This document shows, in pieces, positions 23,425 through 35,275 of a stretch of 64,000 nucleotides of DNA. How positions within the stretch are numbered: the stretch's first letter is position 1; each line of letters starts with the position of its first letter. Location: positions 62,001 to 126,000 of the forward strand of contig OZ025680.1 in the NCBI GenBank assembly GCA_964019335.1, written 5' to 3'. The notes under the pieces are model-generated. The model did no database searches, had not been told where the DNA came from, and worked only from the letters and a program-made list of their open reading frames with translations. Position numbers and translations under genes: made by a program. Source of the stretch: Diplonema japonicum. Lineage: Eukaryota > Protista > Euglenozoa: Diplonemea.

Positions 23425-24803
23425 AAAAAAAAAAGTCAATACCAGTGTACATCCCACTTTGAGGAGACACACCCTTTAAAAAAAACAATTAAAAAAAAAA
23501 ACTCTGTAGACTGTCTATATTTTGTGTTTTTTTTTTTTAATTTATTCTTCTCTTTTTCCTTTTTGCCTAATTATTTAAACTCATTATAAAAAAGAAAAGG
23601 GGGCGGCAGGGACACACATGAAGAGAAAGAGAGCTTTTGACAATTTATAAGATTCCCCCCCCTTCCCCCTTTTTTTTTCCTGGAATGTTATTCTCGTATT
23701 CATTTATTTATTTATTTTCTTTTAAACCTCCCCTCTATCCCTCATTTTATGGCTTAAAACAAGTTCTGATGGATTTAAAAATAAAAAAGAGAAAAAAAAA
23801 AACTGTGTCAACTAGGGTGTGCGATTCACCGGAGCAACAACAAAAGGGGAGAATGAGGGAATGTGATATTTTTATGTACCTGGAGACGGAGAAATTAATC
23901 TCGTTCTGTAAAAAAAAAAGGGGGGGAGGAGGGGCAAAAAGAACGTGGGTAAAAAAAAAAGTAATAACTACCAAAACCTGAACCAGAAAATCGAGGGGAG
24001 AAAAAAAAAAAAGGAGGGGAGGGGATAGGGGAGCCTCAAAGGGAGGTAAAACAGGCAAAACAGAGTCGCTTTTTTTTTTTTTTTTTTTTTTTAAAAACAC
24101 CATTTTCTTCCCCCTCCGTGGGGGTTTTTGCAGAATCAGGGTGGAAAAAAAAGGGGGGGGGGAATAGGGGGGAGTAGGCTCGTTTTTACCTTCATTTCAT
24201 CCCTCCCTCATACGTGCCAGGGTATGGTTCACCAATTTAAAAGACCTATAAATAAAAAAAATAAAAAATAATTATGGCACAAGTCCTTTATTAGCAAGGC
24301 ATGTTGTGAACTGGGCATCTTAACCCCCCCCCCCCCCCCCCTCCATTCCTTCGTTCTATTTTACTTTCCCCGTTTTCTTTTTTTTTATTTCTTTCTTTCT
24401 TTACGATAGTAAATAAGAACATAGTCAAAGGTCAAGGGGTTTGAGGGGAAAGGGATCAGGGGCGGCAAGGGGCAAAAAAAAAAAAATAAAAAGAGAAAAT
24501 AAAGTATAAGAAACAAATAAGGAGGGAGGGAAAAAAAAGAGGGGGGGGAAAGGAAGGTTGGAGGAGAGGGAAATAAAAAGGGGGGGAAAAAAAAATCTTT
24601 TAAAAAAAAATAAGGACTGGTTTTTCCCGTGTTTTTTTCTTTTTTTTTTTCTTCCCTTCTTTTTATTCTCCCCTCCCTCAATTTTTCCTTTTTTTTTTTT
24701 TTTTTTTTTTTTTCTGAGTCAACCCATTACCTAACTGACCCTTTGCTTAAGCAATAGAAAGTTCCTTTGAGATCATTTCCAAGAAAGCAAGGGGAGAAAA
24801 GGG

Positions 24804-24854
<51 letters not shown>

Positions 24855-26228
24855 TTCTCGTGGAAAATTATGGTGGCTCCGAAATACACTTCTCGTTCTT
24901 AAGGGGCTACTCGGACACAAGCATTTCTTCTTGCATCCACTTTATGACCAGGGAAAGGAGGAGAAGAGAGGGACCTAATCCCTCTTAATGAATTTTCTTT
25001 TTTTTTTTCCCTCGTTCTCCTCTTTTTTTCTTCTCTTTTCTCCTTCTGTTACTACTTATTTACTTACAAATACTTCGATTGTTCTTCGAAAAAAAAAAAA
25101 AAAAAAAAAAAAAACTCTTTTTTTTCATTCTTTTTTTCGTTTTCTTTTTGCCGCTTTGCCATGTGACTATATTCTTATTTTAAATTCGGGTTTCTTTCAT
25201 TTGTTTGTTGCTTTCTTTTTCTTTTTTTTTTTTTTTTTTCATTTTCTTTTCTGAAAAAAAATATCAATTCTTGCCTAGAAAAAAAAAGGGGGGGGGGAAA
25301 CAGTGTGTACATTCATTTCTCCCTCCTTTTCCCTGGTTTCCACTCTGAGAAACGATCCATGGGCAGGGAGTCTCTCACTTGTAGTAGCCTTCTCTCTTAG
25401 CCTAGAAGTCAATAGGGGAGGAACGGGAAGGAACACTCCCCCTCCTCCCCATTTTGTACTTTATTCGCATTTTTCGATTCACACAATTACTAAATACACC
25501 CCCCCCCCTCTACCCTTTTTATCCTTGCTTCTTCAACTAAAAAACTTTTTTTAAAAAAAAAAGAACTAAGGTACAACAATGCCTTCAGAAAAAAAAGGGG
25601 AGGGGAGGGGATGGGGAAAAGAGCTGCTTCAAGGATGTCGCATTTTTTTTTGGGGGGTTTTTTTTTATGCTCTCTTTTACTTCTCTTTCTGTCGTGTCCC
25701 TCTCTTGTATTTCTCCGGTGATTTTTTTTTTTTTTTCCTTCCCTCCTTTTTTTTTTTCCGGTGAGATGGGACAGAAAATTAAAAAGATAGGGAGGAGGGC
25801 AAAGACTGGGGATATGATCCCTCATAGCGGAGGGATGAGACCGGGTTTTTACCCCCCCTCCCCCTCCATCCCCCACTGTTGTTCAGCATTTCTTTTCCTT
25901 TTTTGTTTTTTTTTCCCCTCCATTCTTTCTACTAAGGGAACAGGGGGGGGGGGGATGAAGAAAAAAAAACTCCAGAAAAAAACGGAGGGAATAAAAGAGC
26001 TGGGAAAGGGGAAGAGAATATGGGAGGGGATAGAAAAAAAAAAAAAAAAAAAAAAAAAGGAACAGATGAAAAAATAAAAAAAAAGGATTATAAAAAAAAA
26101 AAAAAGAAGAAAATAGAACAAATAAAAAAAAATTAGACCAACCGTTCACTACCCTACTCCAGTCCAGCACAGCCTCCTCTCTTTTTTTTTTCTTCTTCTT
26201 TTCTTTCTTTCCCCCCAGCATCAAAGCA

Positions 26229-28361
26229 TCACGCGGAGAGCCGCTTGAACTTACCGCTGTTAGGGGGGCTGCTGTCCTCGTACTGGTGGTAAGGGGAAGG
26301 TGGTAGTTCTGCATTAACGACTTCCTCAAGCTCAAGGAGAGTTTCCTTTGAGGAGGAGTAGGCATAGGGCCTTCGTGTAGACCCACGACCTAGAAAGCCC
26401 CGTGAAAGGGGCGAGGCGTGAGCCTGGGAAGGCGTGCTGCTAGCAGGCAGCATAGTACGTGGGCGCCTGCTGGCACCCCTTTCCAGTCGTGAGTAACTTC
26501 TGTTCTGACTCGTCAACAGTGGCGATCCCGAGGATCCTGTAGAACCTCTTGTGGGGTAAGAATGCCCTTCGTTCATCTCGCTCAGAGTGGAGCTCTGCGA
26601 TATGATACCCATCTCATGACGATGGTCATAACGGTGCTCCTCTCTCTCCCTCCTCTCCCTCTCTCTTTCCCTTTCCCTCTCTCTTTCCATTTCTCTATCG
26701 TTCATAGGCGGCAGCGGCAGTGGCGGCTGCTTCTCACCCCCCATGGGTTCGCTATGGTTGTCCTTTACGTAGACCTCGTGCGACATGAAGCTCTGGATCC
26801 CCGCCAGCGACAAGTTCGCCTTTCTGTTAGTCTCTTGGAACTCCTTTTCGTCGAAATGGTTGGGCCCGTGGTGGTCGTGGTGCGGCACCTGGCCCTGCTT
26901 CGTGTTGTGCAGCGTGCTCGACAGGATGCACGCCTCCACCAGCCATGTCCTCTTCGGCTCCAGCGTTTTATGTGTCAGTGTGTACAGCATCAGCGCCCTG
27001 GGGACAAGGAAGATGAGCGGGAACAAGGGAACAAGCCAGCACGCCAGCACAGCCCCTATTCCCATCTCCCTGTAGATCAGCGAGGAAAGCATAGTGATCT
27101 GACCGATGAAGAAGCAGGAAGCGAACACGATGATCTGCAGCTGGATCTCAAGCGACCCAGGGTCGTTGGGGTCCAGCTTGTTGAACATCGAGTCATCGGG
27201 GATGCACCCATCCAAGGTGTCCCACGGGTTCTCCTCGCCCGCCGCCCACATGACACCATCATGCGCCAGGTCCGCGTCCAAGACCAACCGCTCCCTTGAG
27301 CCCACTGCGTTGTGGAATTCATTATCCGTCAGCAAAGGGTGCCCCGAGGCACGCATCACAACCTCCTGCGTTTGCTTAGCCATACGGAACAGCAATGAGA
27401 TTGACAGCAGCGGGCCCAAAAAGGCGAAGATGAGGACGATGGCAGAAAGGGAGAACCCCATTGTGTGCACAAGGTTCGTGGCGGACATGATGACGACAGC
27501 CAGCCACACGACGGGGGGCACGTGCAGGAGCTCCACAAGCACCTCGGCAATGGCAACGTGTGAGAACCTCGACATGTCGAAGCAGACGAGTGCCTTGTTC
27601 ACAGAGGCACGCATCTGCGGGAGGGGTTCGCCCTTCATGATGGCAAGGGTCTCCTCGAGTTTTGTTTCTTCAGTCCTGCAAACAACCCTAATCTGTTCCT
27701 GAAGCTGGATGATGATGGCGGCACGGAGGGTGAGCACAGACCTGGCCCAGCTCGCGTGGTCGCCGAACCCCATGATGCCCATGAGGCCGGGCTTCTTGTA
27801 TTGAAAGCCGCTGGTCTCGCTGAGCGTGTGCATCTGTATCTTAGCAATCTGGTGGCACTGGCGGTCACGTTGGTAGAAGGCGACCTGGATGAAGAGACCG
27901 TAGGCGATACCCATGAAGAAGAGGACAAGATGCGCGTATTCAAACATAACAAGGTCGAACCCTATGTAGCAGTCGTCGCTGCTGCTGCCGCTTCCGCTGG
28001 TCGAGTTGCCTGACCCCGAGCCGCTGTTGGTAGCCGGGGTGCACCCGGGCTTTTTAACGCGAATGTCGGTCAGACCAAGCTCCGCACCGAGGATCAGCAA
28101 GAACGACACCACACCTAAAATCATGAGTTCTGAGAAAATTGCGCCCAGTGCAAGCTTCCTGTGGACGTCGAGGGTCTTGTGTTCTGCCTTGTGCTTCAAG
28201 GTTTCGATGAAAATGGTGAGCATCACGGTGAAGGTGAACATGGTGAACACTGTGATCGGGTTCGCATCAACATCGTCTCCAAGCTCCCACAGCTTGGCAT
28301 TAGCCCCTTCAGCCTGACCTACACAGCATAACAGCACTGCGAACACTCCTAGTGTGTCCAT
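26229..28361 (-). CDS. MLO-like multi-pass membrane protein with signal peptide
   Basis: TIFIE..KH, ALGAIFSELMILGVVSFLL (cf. MLO ELMLLGFISLLL), Cys pair in loop 1, HLVLFFMG, about 7 hydrophobic segments and a long disordered tail. Confidence 0.7.
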   Translation of the reverse strand: MDTLGVFAVLLCCVGQAEGANAKLWELGDDVDANPITVFTMFTFTVMLTIFIETLKHKAEHKTLDVHRKLALGAIFSELMILGVVSFLLILGAELGLTDIRVKKPGCTPATNSGSGSGNSTSGSGSSSDDCYIGFDLVMFEYAHLVLFFMGIAYGLFIQVAFYQRDRQCHQIAKIQMHTLSETSGFQYKKPGLMGIMGFGDHASWARSVLTLRAAIIIQLQEQIRVVCRTEETKLEETLAIMKGEPLPQMRASVNKALVCFDMSRFSHVAIAEVLVELLHVPPVVWLAVVIMSATNLVHTMGFSLSAIVLIFAFLGPLLSISLLFRMAKQTQEVVMRASGHPLLTDNEFHNAVGSRERLVLDADLAHDGVMWAAGEENPWDTLDGCIPDDSMFNKLDPNDPGSLEIQLQIIVFASCFFIGQITMLSSLIYREMGIGAVLACWLVPLFPLIFLVPRALMLYTLTHKTLEPKRTWLVEACILSSTLHNTKQGQVPHHDHHGPNHFDEKEFQETNRKANLSLAGIQSFMSHEVYVKDNHSEPMGGEKQPPLPLPPMNDREMERERERERERERREREEHRYDHRHEMGIISQSSTLSEMNEGHSYPTRGSTGSSGSPLLTSQNRSYSRLERGASRRPRTMLPASSTPSQAHASPLSRGFLGRGSTRRPYAYSSSKETLLELEEVVNAELPPSPYHQYEDSSPPNSGKFKRLSA

Positions 28362-28911
28362 CTTTTGTTGTCCTTCCTTTTATTTTTAAAATTTATTTCT
28401 AAATTGTCGGAAAAAACTTATTCTTAATCAAAAAAAAAAAAGGAATACAAAGGAGAAGAAGCAGCCACAAGCAGCATTTTAAAAAAAAAAAAAGAAAAAA
28501 AAAAAAGCTAGTAGCTGAAGGCCGGAGATGGGGCGGGTAAAATAAAACTTTTTTTTGGTGAGAAGGGAGAAAAGAAGTAGTCGAAGAGGGGGGAGTATAT
28601 ATATTTTTTGAGAAAACCCCACCTCGATGCCAGGGGTAAGTTTTTTCTTCCCCCCCCCTCTTAATAACCCTGTTTCTTTTTGGACATGAGGCTAGGGATT
28701 CGTTGTACTCCCCCCCCCCCCCCCCCCCCTTCACCTTTTTTGTTCTTCTTGAATCTTCTTCTCGCCTTCCACATATAATTTGTCACATGGTCGGAAAAAA
28801 AAAAAAAAAAAAAGAAACTCCCCCTTTAACTATTCCCTTTTTTTTAAGCTGAGTTATTACCACAGGGAAAAAAAAGAAAAGGGAAAAAAAAAAAAAAAGA
28901 TTCACTACGGG

Positions 28912-28952
<41 letters not shown>

Positions 28953-29288
28953 AACACGGTTAGCAAATAGTAACTTTCGCAAAGGCGATCCAAGCGATTA
29001 CTGGATGCCTCACTCTGCATCTAGCACACTCAATTCTTTTTTGAATACCAGTTTTGGATTAAAATTTCAAGTTTACTGTAAACAGGGGGAAAAAAAAAGG
29101 GGGTCCAGAAGTTTGATGGAAAGTCCAAATTCGTTATACCGTGTTTGTAAAAAAAAAAAAAAAAAAAGGGAAAAAAAAAAAATCAAAAAGACTCATTCCC
29201 AACAACAACAGGCAAGTCCGCACACTTTCTTTTTTTTTTCTTTTTTTTCTCTCCCTTTTTTTTTTTTTTAAACCACCATAGTGTAAGG

Positions 29289-29322
<34 letters not shown>

Positions 29323-29323
29323 T

Positions 29324-29804
29324 TCAACTGTCAATATCAGCACAAGACCACGAGGCTGGGAGGGTAAATGGAGAAAACAGCACGTCGCGCACAAAATGAG
29401 AGTCTGTTGGAAAAAGCCCTGTCCCTGCAGGCTGCGGCTGGGTAGGTGAGCAAGGAGGAGTCGCCCGGTGCTGCAGGATAGGTGTAGCCGGTGCAGGCCT
29501 TTTAGGGTACGTAGCCTTCACGAAGGCGCACTTGGGAGAGTGCTTGGAGTGTTCCAAAAGCGGGTCATCGCTAACTTCCCACTGCACTAAAGAGATTCCG
29601 CAAATAAAACATGTACACCTGTCAGGGCTGCTCCCTGTTGGGTTGAAGTAGAACCCCGCCGCCGACAGGCCTTCCGGTGTGACCAAGTCACTCTCTAACG
29701 TTTTCCATCTTTTTTTTTTTTTTTTTTTTTTTCAAACCAACATACCCTGCGAAGGTCCTGTACCGGTCACTTTCATGGCCCAAGGCCGACACCCATGAGG
29801 ACAT
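29324..29804 (-). CDS. Single-BIR-domain (survivin/IAP-like) protein (intron 29691-29745)
   Basis: RYRTF...VTPEGLSAAGFY...DRCTCFIC...WEVSDDPLLEHSKHSPKCAF carries the full C-C-H-C zinc set. Confidence 0.85.
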
Positions 29805-30004
29805 TGCCTCTTCCCCCCTCCCCCCTCGCTTTTTCTTTCTCTCTTTTTGAGTTGAAAAAAAAAAATGGGTAAACAAAACAAGAAATGGTTGTTAAAACGA
29901 GGGAAAAGGGGGGGATTAAATTTTCTTTTAAAAAAAAAAAAAACTAACTTTTTTTTTCGATTCAGATTTAAAAGGCAAGTCAGCTCAGCTCAGTCCGAGT
30001 CAGT

Positions 30005-31600
30005 TTAAAGCCACCAACACTTTTTAGACCGTTTATCACACACGGGTGACGAGGATGTTTTAGGGATCTTGAACACGTCCACAGGCTGTGGGGGCACACC
30101 TTGTTCCCAGGTGTCGATCCAGTTCTGTTTGAAAAGGTTCTCTGAGTTGTAGGGCTCGCCGTCACCACCTGAGGTCTGCGTCTTGCGGGGCTGACCTGCT
30201 TCCCCCACAGGCCCCTGGACTGCCAACCACGGTTCGACCCAGAAAACCTTCATGTCCGTCTCAAGAATGGCACGGTTCATCTGGTAGTCGATGACATCTG
30301 TCAAGGGCATTGAACTGAGGAGCTTCTTGGCCCCGCCCAAGGTGAGCGCGTAGGCATGCGCGCAGCGGGCCATGCTCTTCTTGTAGATATGCCTTGTCAA
30401 CGGGATGGACTTCTGCTTAGACATCCTCCACCCATACATCTTGAGGCAGCCGCCAAAGACAAACAAATCGAAATCGTTCGGCGTCTCCTTTAACGCTTTT
30501 GAGAACCATCTTCGAAACCCGCTACGTAGCTTCGCATCGTCTTCCAGCACAATGGCAAAGGTGTAGTTGTTACGCATCATGTCGTAGTAGATATAGTGGT
30601 GCTTGGTGTTGACGCTCAACTCGCCCCCCTTAAACCCGCCAGGCGATGTGAAGGGCGACGGGACAGGCCGGGCTTTCTTTGCAGGGTTTTTGTAAGCGTT
30701 TTTTTCCCAGTTGACGTGGATGCAGTCCCTCATAGGGGTAGTGATGTTCTGGTGGTCGAACGCTTCGATCCAATCCGACCTAACGCCTTGCGTTTCGTGC
30801 AATGCTGTGATCACCTTCTTCCTTGTTACAAGCTTCGTGTAGTGCACCATGTACACCTGGTCCACACCTAGCTCGGGAATCGGGTTTTGGGTTCTTTGTC
30901 TTTTTGCATATTCCTCACCAAACATCCTGTCGATGCATGGTGGGAGGTCGAACCCCTCGGGGCCAGGGCGGAGGTGGTACCCTGTGTTCGTTTTGTTCAT
31001 TCTCCATAAATGCGACACACTGCCGCCCAACTGCAGCGTGTCCGAAGGGTAGATGTGATCTCCGACTACATAAATTGTCGAGAACGCAGACGACTGCACC
31101 ACACTGCTGCAGGAGTCATGCATGGAACAAAGCCCTTCAATGTTGACAGCTGCATAGGTGCAATCGGGTTTTGCCCTGCAGGACGCCACACATTGGATAA
31201 CGGTGCTTTCAGGGGACGATCCAATGGCGTCTTCAGAACACCTTACAGAAGAGAAGTTAACATGCACCGCAGAGCCTTCTGGTGCCGACATAGAGTCCAA
31301 GTGGACTGGGGCGGTGCTCGTGCCTATGTTCCTTATTCTGCGTAAGACACCGTCGCTCAGCTCTTTGACGTTAACACCTATAACAGGCTTCACTCCTAAG
31401 AGGCCTAGGAGTGACCCGTTGTCCCCAGGAGGGTCTTGCTTCTGAATGATTGGTGAAGGTGACTGTGATGATGCTAGCTTCTCAATAGGCACCACTGCCA
31501 CCGCCCCGTGATCATGACGGACCCCTAAGAATTCCACATATAGGATAAATACAAATACCAACAACGGCGTGGCGAGCCCTATTAAACTTTTAACTTTCAT
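30005..31600 (-). CDS. Glycosyltransferase family 25, type II membrane protein with PAN/apple-like module
   Basis: N-terminal anchor; C...CRAKPDC...C module; VYMVHY..R, GELSV..KH, VLEDDA, AHAYALTLGGAKKLL. Confidence 0.85.
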   Translation of the reverse strand: MKVKSLIGLATPLLVFVFILYVEFLGVRHDHGAVAVVPIEKLASSQSPSPIIQKQDPPGDNGSLLGLLGVKPVIGVNVKELSDGVLRRIRNIGTSTAPVHLDSMSAPEGSAVHVNFSSVRCSEDAIGSSPESTVIQCVASCRAKPDCTYAAVNIEGLCSMHDSCSSVVQSSAFSTIYVVGDHIYPSDTLQLGGSVSHLWRMNKTNTGYHLRPGPEGFDLPPCIDRMFGEEYAKRQRTQNPIPELGVDQVYMVHYTKLVTRKKVITALHETQGVRSDWIEAFDHQNITTPMRDCIHVNWEKNAYKNPAKKARPVPSPFTSPGGFKGGELSVNTKHHYIYYDMMRNNYTFAIVLEDDAKLRSGFRRWFSKALKETPNDFDLFVFGGCLKMYGWRMSKQKSIPLTRHIYKKSMARCAHAYALTLGGAKKLLSSMPLTDVIDYQMNRAILETDMKVFWVEPWLAVQGPVGEAGQPRKTQTSGGDGEPYNSENLFKQNWIDTWEQGVPPQPVDVFKIPKTSSSPVCDKRSKKCWWL

Positions 31601-32228
31601 CTCATTTTTTTTTTTTTTTTTTTTTTTTTTTGGTTTGTCCCCTTTTTTCCCCCCTCTTGCTGTGAAGGTTTTGTTTCTTTTTTTTTCTTCTCCCCCGTGC
31701 GCTAAATGAACTTTTTAAAGAGAAATAAAAAGAAAGCAAACAGAGAGGTAAATAAGAGGAGTAAAATGAAGGAGTCGGCTGTTGTTTTGTACAAGCCGGT
31801 TCGACCAACTGAAGGTTAACCGGCAAGTTGCTACCCACTCTTCAGCAAAGACATTAGTTGTCAAAAGCTTTTTTTAAAAAGGGGGGTATTGGGAAATGAA
31901 AAGCTAGACTTTCAAAATAAGTAACAAAATTTGAATCTCATTGACATTTGGGTGTCGAGTCAAAGAGAGCAAGGTTGTGTGTTCCATTTCTTTTTTTATC
32001 TCAAAGAAGAAGAAAAAGGGAGTGTCCCAACGATCCCATGACCGTAAGGACTGCACATCAGTAGATGGATAAGTTTCATAAAATTTATTCAGCGGGAGGT
32101 GAACATATACGTATCAGAAAACACAAAAGCCCTGGTGTCCATTCAGTTCAGTGTTATTGAACAAAGACTGGCTTTGTGTGTTGGTGTTTTTGATTTTCAT
32201 TTGTGTACTTGCTTCTGGATTAGAAAGT

Positions 32229-33284
32229 TCAGCCAATCCTTTCGCCACCCCAGTAGTTGGCCCCGGGCTTCACACACTGTGCGTACCACCTGCTCTGCTT
32301 GTAGCACCCCGCACCGGTAACACAGCAGCTCGGCGCCTGTAAACAGTTGCCCCACAGGGGAACTACAACGGAGCAGCTGCCAGGGGAAGGTGGCGGTGTG
32401 GCAGGAGGAGTCGGTGTGGAAGGTTGCGGTGTGGGGACAGGGGTCGGTGGCGAAGGGGTGGGAACGGGTGTTGGGGGCGAGGGTGTGGGAACAGGTGTAG
32501 GAAGGGGTGTCGGAGGGGGCGTAGGAGGGTGGGGGGTCAGGTTTGCAGGTCTGCAATGCGCGAACCACTTGTTCACCTGGTGGCACTTGGCCCCAGGCGC
32601 ACAGCAGTGCTGTTCGTTGAGGCATGTCGCCCACAGTGGGATCACACGCGAGCACGAGGCGGGAGGGACAGGGACAGGCGGTACCGGAACAGGAGGGACG
32701 GGGTTGCCACCACCACCACCACCGCGGAAGTCCAAGTCAATAGCGTTGTAGAAGGTGTTGGCCGTGTCACCGACGTCCCAGACGGCGAGGACGACGTGGT
32801 AGCCCGCCTTGGAGGGGAGGGTGCAGGAGTGCGTCGTCAAAGTCTGCGGCTGCATCATGTTCCCCATCACGGAGCAGAAGGGGGTCCCCTCGAAGCTGCT
32901 CCTCGCAAGCGGCGCATTCTCGTCCCACCCGTCCTTCGTGATGTAGTACCTCCAGTCCAGGGTCGCGTGGTTCGCCTCGAACCACCAAGTGAAGTCTGTT
33001 TGCCCGGCAGACGCTGCTGTCCTCGCCCACCTCGTCGACGTCTGCTCGTTCAGCGGTGTCCATCTGTTGCTCCCCGCTGCAGCCAGCGTCCCGTCTGGGG
33101 GGCCGCTCACAGGGTACCTGTCCGGGCCCTCCACGCTCTGAGGCTCATACTGCACCGCACCGCAGTTCTGGTTCTCCCCCCCGGTCCTGCACATGTAGTT
33201 CCTCGAAGGAGGGACCTTCACGTACCCGTGGCCCTCTACACCCGCTGCTGCAAGCAGCACGGGGAGTGCTAGGCGGTGCAACAT
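32229..33284 (-). CDS. AA10 lytic polysaccharide monooxygenase with two CBM1-like modules and Pro/Thr linkers
   Basis: Signal peptide then HGYV (His1), YEPQSVE, ANHAT, WDVGDTANTFYN; two W..C....CC..G..C.....W(F/Y)A.C modules. Confidence 0.92.
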   Translation of the reverse strand: MLHRLALPVLLAAAGVEGHGYVKVPPSRNYMCRTGGENQNCGAVQYEPQSVEGPDRYPVSGPPDGTLAAAGSNRWTPLNEQTSTRWARTAASAGQTDFTWWFEANHATLDWRYYITKDGWDENAPLARSSFEGTPFCSVMGNMMQPQTLTTHSCTLPSKAGYHVVLAVWDVGDTANTFYNAIDLDFRGGGGGGNPVPPVPVPPVPVPPASCSRVIPLWATCLNEQHCCAPGAKCHQVNKWFAHCRPANLTPHPPTPPPTPLPTPVPTPSPPTPVPTPSPPTPVPTPQPSTPTPPATPPPSPGSCSVVVPLWGNCLQAPSCCVTGAGCYKQSRWYAQCVKPGANYWGGERIG

Positions 33285-33674
33285 GTTGGTGAGTGGTAAG
33301 TCAGAAGGACTGTGGGTTTAATTAATTAATTTTGCCTCGGCTCAGTTCCAAGTTGGACTACTTTTTCCTCCCAATTTGCCCACTTTTGGCTAGGCCTTGT
33401 TCCCAGTTTCTGTGGGTAACTCTTCTGTGGGTAAGGGTAACTTAGTCAGCTTACCCAAGCACCCCAAAAGACTTCAAAATACCGAAGCAGCAGAAAAAAA
33501 GGAGCCAGCGGCCGCGCTAGGTATGAGAAGGCCTGATTAGAGATGGTGACAGTGGCAATGCCAGCGACAGCGGCAGCTCTTAATCAACAAAAGGAGGAAA
33601 AACAACTTGTATTGTAACCTTTGTAACCCCTCTCTTGTTGTACCCCTTGTCGCCCTGTTGTGCCCCTCGTGGTG

Positions 33675-33770
33675 AAGTAATTTCAGAGTGTCGTGAAATA
33701 AAACCACTTACCTACCGTTTACCGACGGTAACGGTAAAGTCATTACTTGTTGGCAGTAAATAGCTATTAC
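33675..33770. repeat. Degenerate fragment of the 6487-7040 element
   Basis: GTGAAATAAAACCACTTAC and TTGTTGGCAGTAAATAGCTATT match 6888-6907 and 7019-7040. Confidence 0.5.
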
Positions 33771-35275
33771 TAAAAAATAAAAATAAAAAAATAAAAGCAA
33801 AGAGTGAACGACAAGCAGGATTGAAAAGAACACGTGCGGGGGAGGAAGAAAAAAGAAAAAGGAAAAGAACAATAAACAAAAAATGCAACTCAACTGATGT
33901 ACTTCACATTCACACCAACCTTCTCTCAGTTATTCATAAAGGGTGAGTTAAAAAAAAGGGGGGGGCGGTGACTTGCTGAACAGCCCGGACAAGTACCCAG
34001 TAGAACAGAGGAAGGGACATGGTGGGTGGAGAGTACAATGAATGTCAAGTTGTTGGAGAGGTTGCTTTTGCCCCCTTTTGCTTCTTTCCCGTTGCACGTG
34101 CAAACCGACTCCTTTTGAATCTTTCTTTTCCCCCCCCCAAGGAATTCGGTCAGTGATACATATTTCTGGTCGTTTTTATTTTATACCGCTCGTTTCTTCA
34201 CCTTTGTCGTTTTGCCAAGGGTTCCGGTCCACACCACCAAGTTGCATAAAGGAGACACCTACCTGTGACAGACTGCCACACGAAGTGCGTGGTGCGAAGA
34301 GATCAGGGCAGTGGTGCCGGAAAAGCGAGGCAGAACTCAAAGAGATGCAAAGAACGCAGCAGGGGAAGAGAGATTGCGAATTAAAAATGGGGAATGGGTT
34401 CCCCTTCATTTGAAGCTAGAAAACAAAATGAGAGAAAGTAGTGAAAAAAGCAAAATAAGCCGTGCAGGTTCTTATTCTTTTCTTCCTGCCCGTGAACAAG
34501 GCACAGGCATAAACATAAAATGAACATGACCACACCAGCTTGGTGAAGAAGGGGGAGAGGGGAGAGGAGGATAAAGATCTATTTTCCAAATTTAAAAAAA
34601 AAAGGGAGGGGGTTTATTTCACTCTTTTTGAAAATTACGTTACTCGTGATTCTCGTGGTGAGGTGATTTTCAGAGAGTCGTGAGTGGATTGCCACACCCC
34701 GCTCCCTCAAAAAAAAAAAAACTATTCTTTTAAGGTATGCGTTTTTGCGCTCACCGGCCGCGCTGTCCTTCCTAAAAAAAAAAAAAAAAGACATCAATTG
34801 TGCCACGGGTAAAAGACCAACCTACCTTACCTGTGGTAGAACCGATACGGGGCAGCTACTTTGTCAGGTGTCACAAATATGCAACAGAACACCTCACAAA
34901 AGCAACTGTCTCACGAGGAAAAAAAATGGGAAAATAAAAAGACAACCACAGCAGTGCTCTGGTAAAACAGAGAACGAAAGAAACAAAGAGAAGAAAAGGG
35001 GCCAAAGAAGCCATCAAATTCATAAGTCGAGACATCTAAGCGAAAACTCCAGAGAAGATCTCGCAGCAGTGTGTCTGGCATTACAAAAGGAAAAAGTGAC
35101 ATTTAAAAAAGAAAAAATGACAAAAAGAAAGAAAGTAAGAAGAAGAATGTCTTTTGTTGCCTCGACCTTTGAGCAACAAAAACTATAGAAACAAGAAATG
35201 AGGACAACAAAATAGAACGAAGGTAACAAAACTATACGAATTAAATATAATCCTTCACCTCTTCTCTGTCCCCGC

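Noticed and set aside
21035-26200. Many short Lys/Phe/Gly/Pro-rich ORFs here and at 17300-19300, 59400-60000 and 61500-64000
   Set aside because: Translations of A/T/G/C homopolymer tracts in intergenic or UTR DNA.
13786-33284. Genome-wide reassignment of UGA to an amino acid
   Set aside because: TGA ends the ligase, MLO-like and LPMO genes at natural C-termini, and conserved Trp/Cys residues use standard codons.
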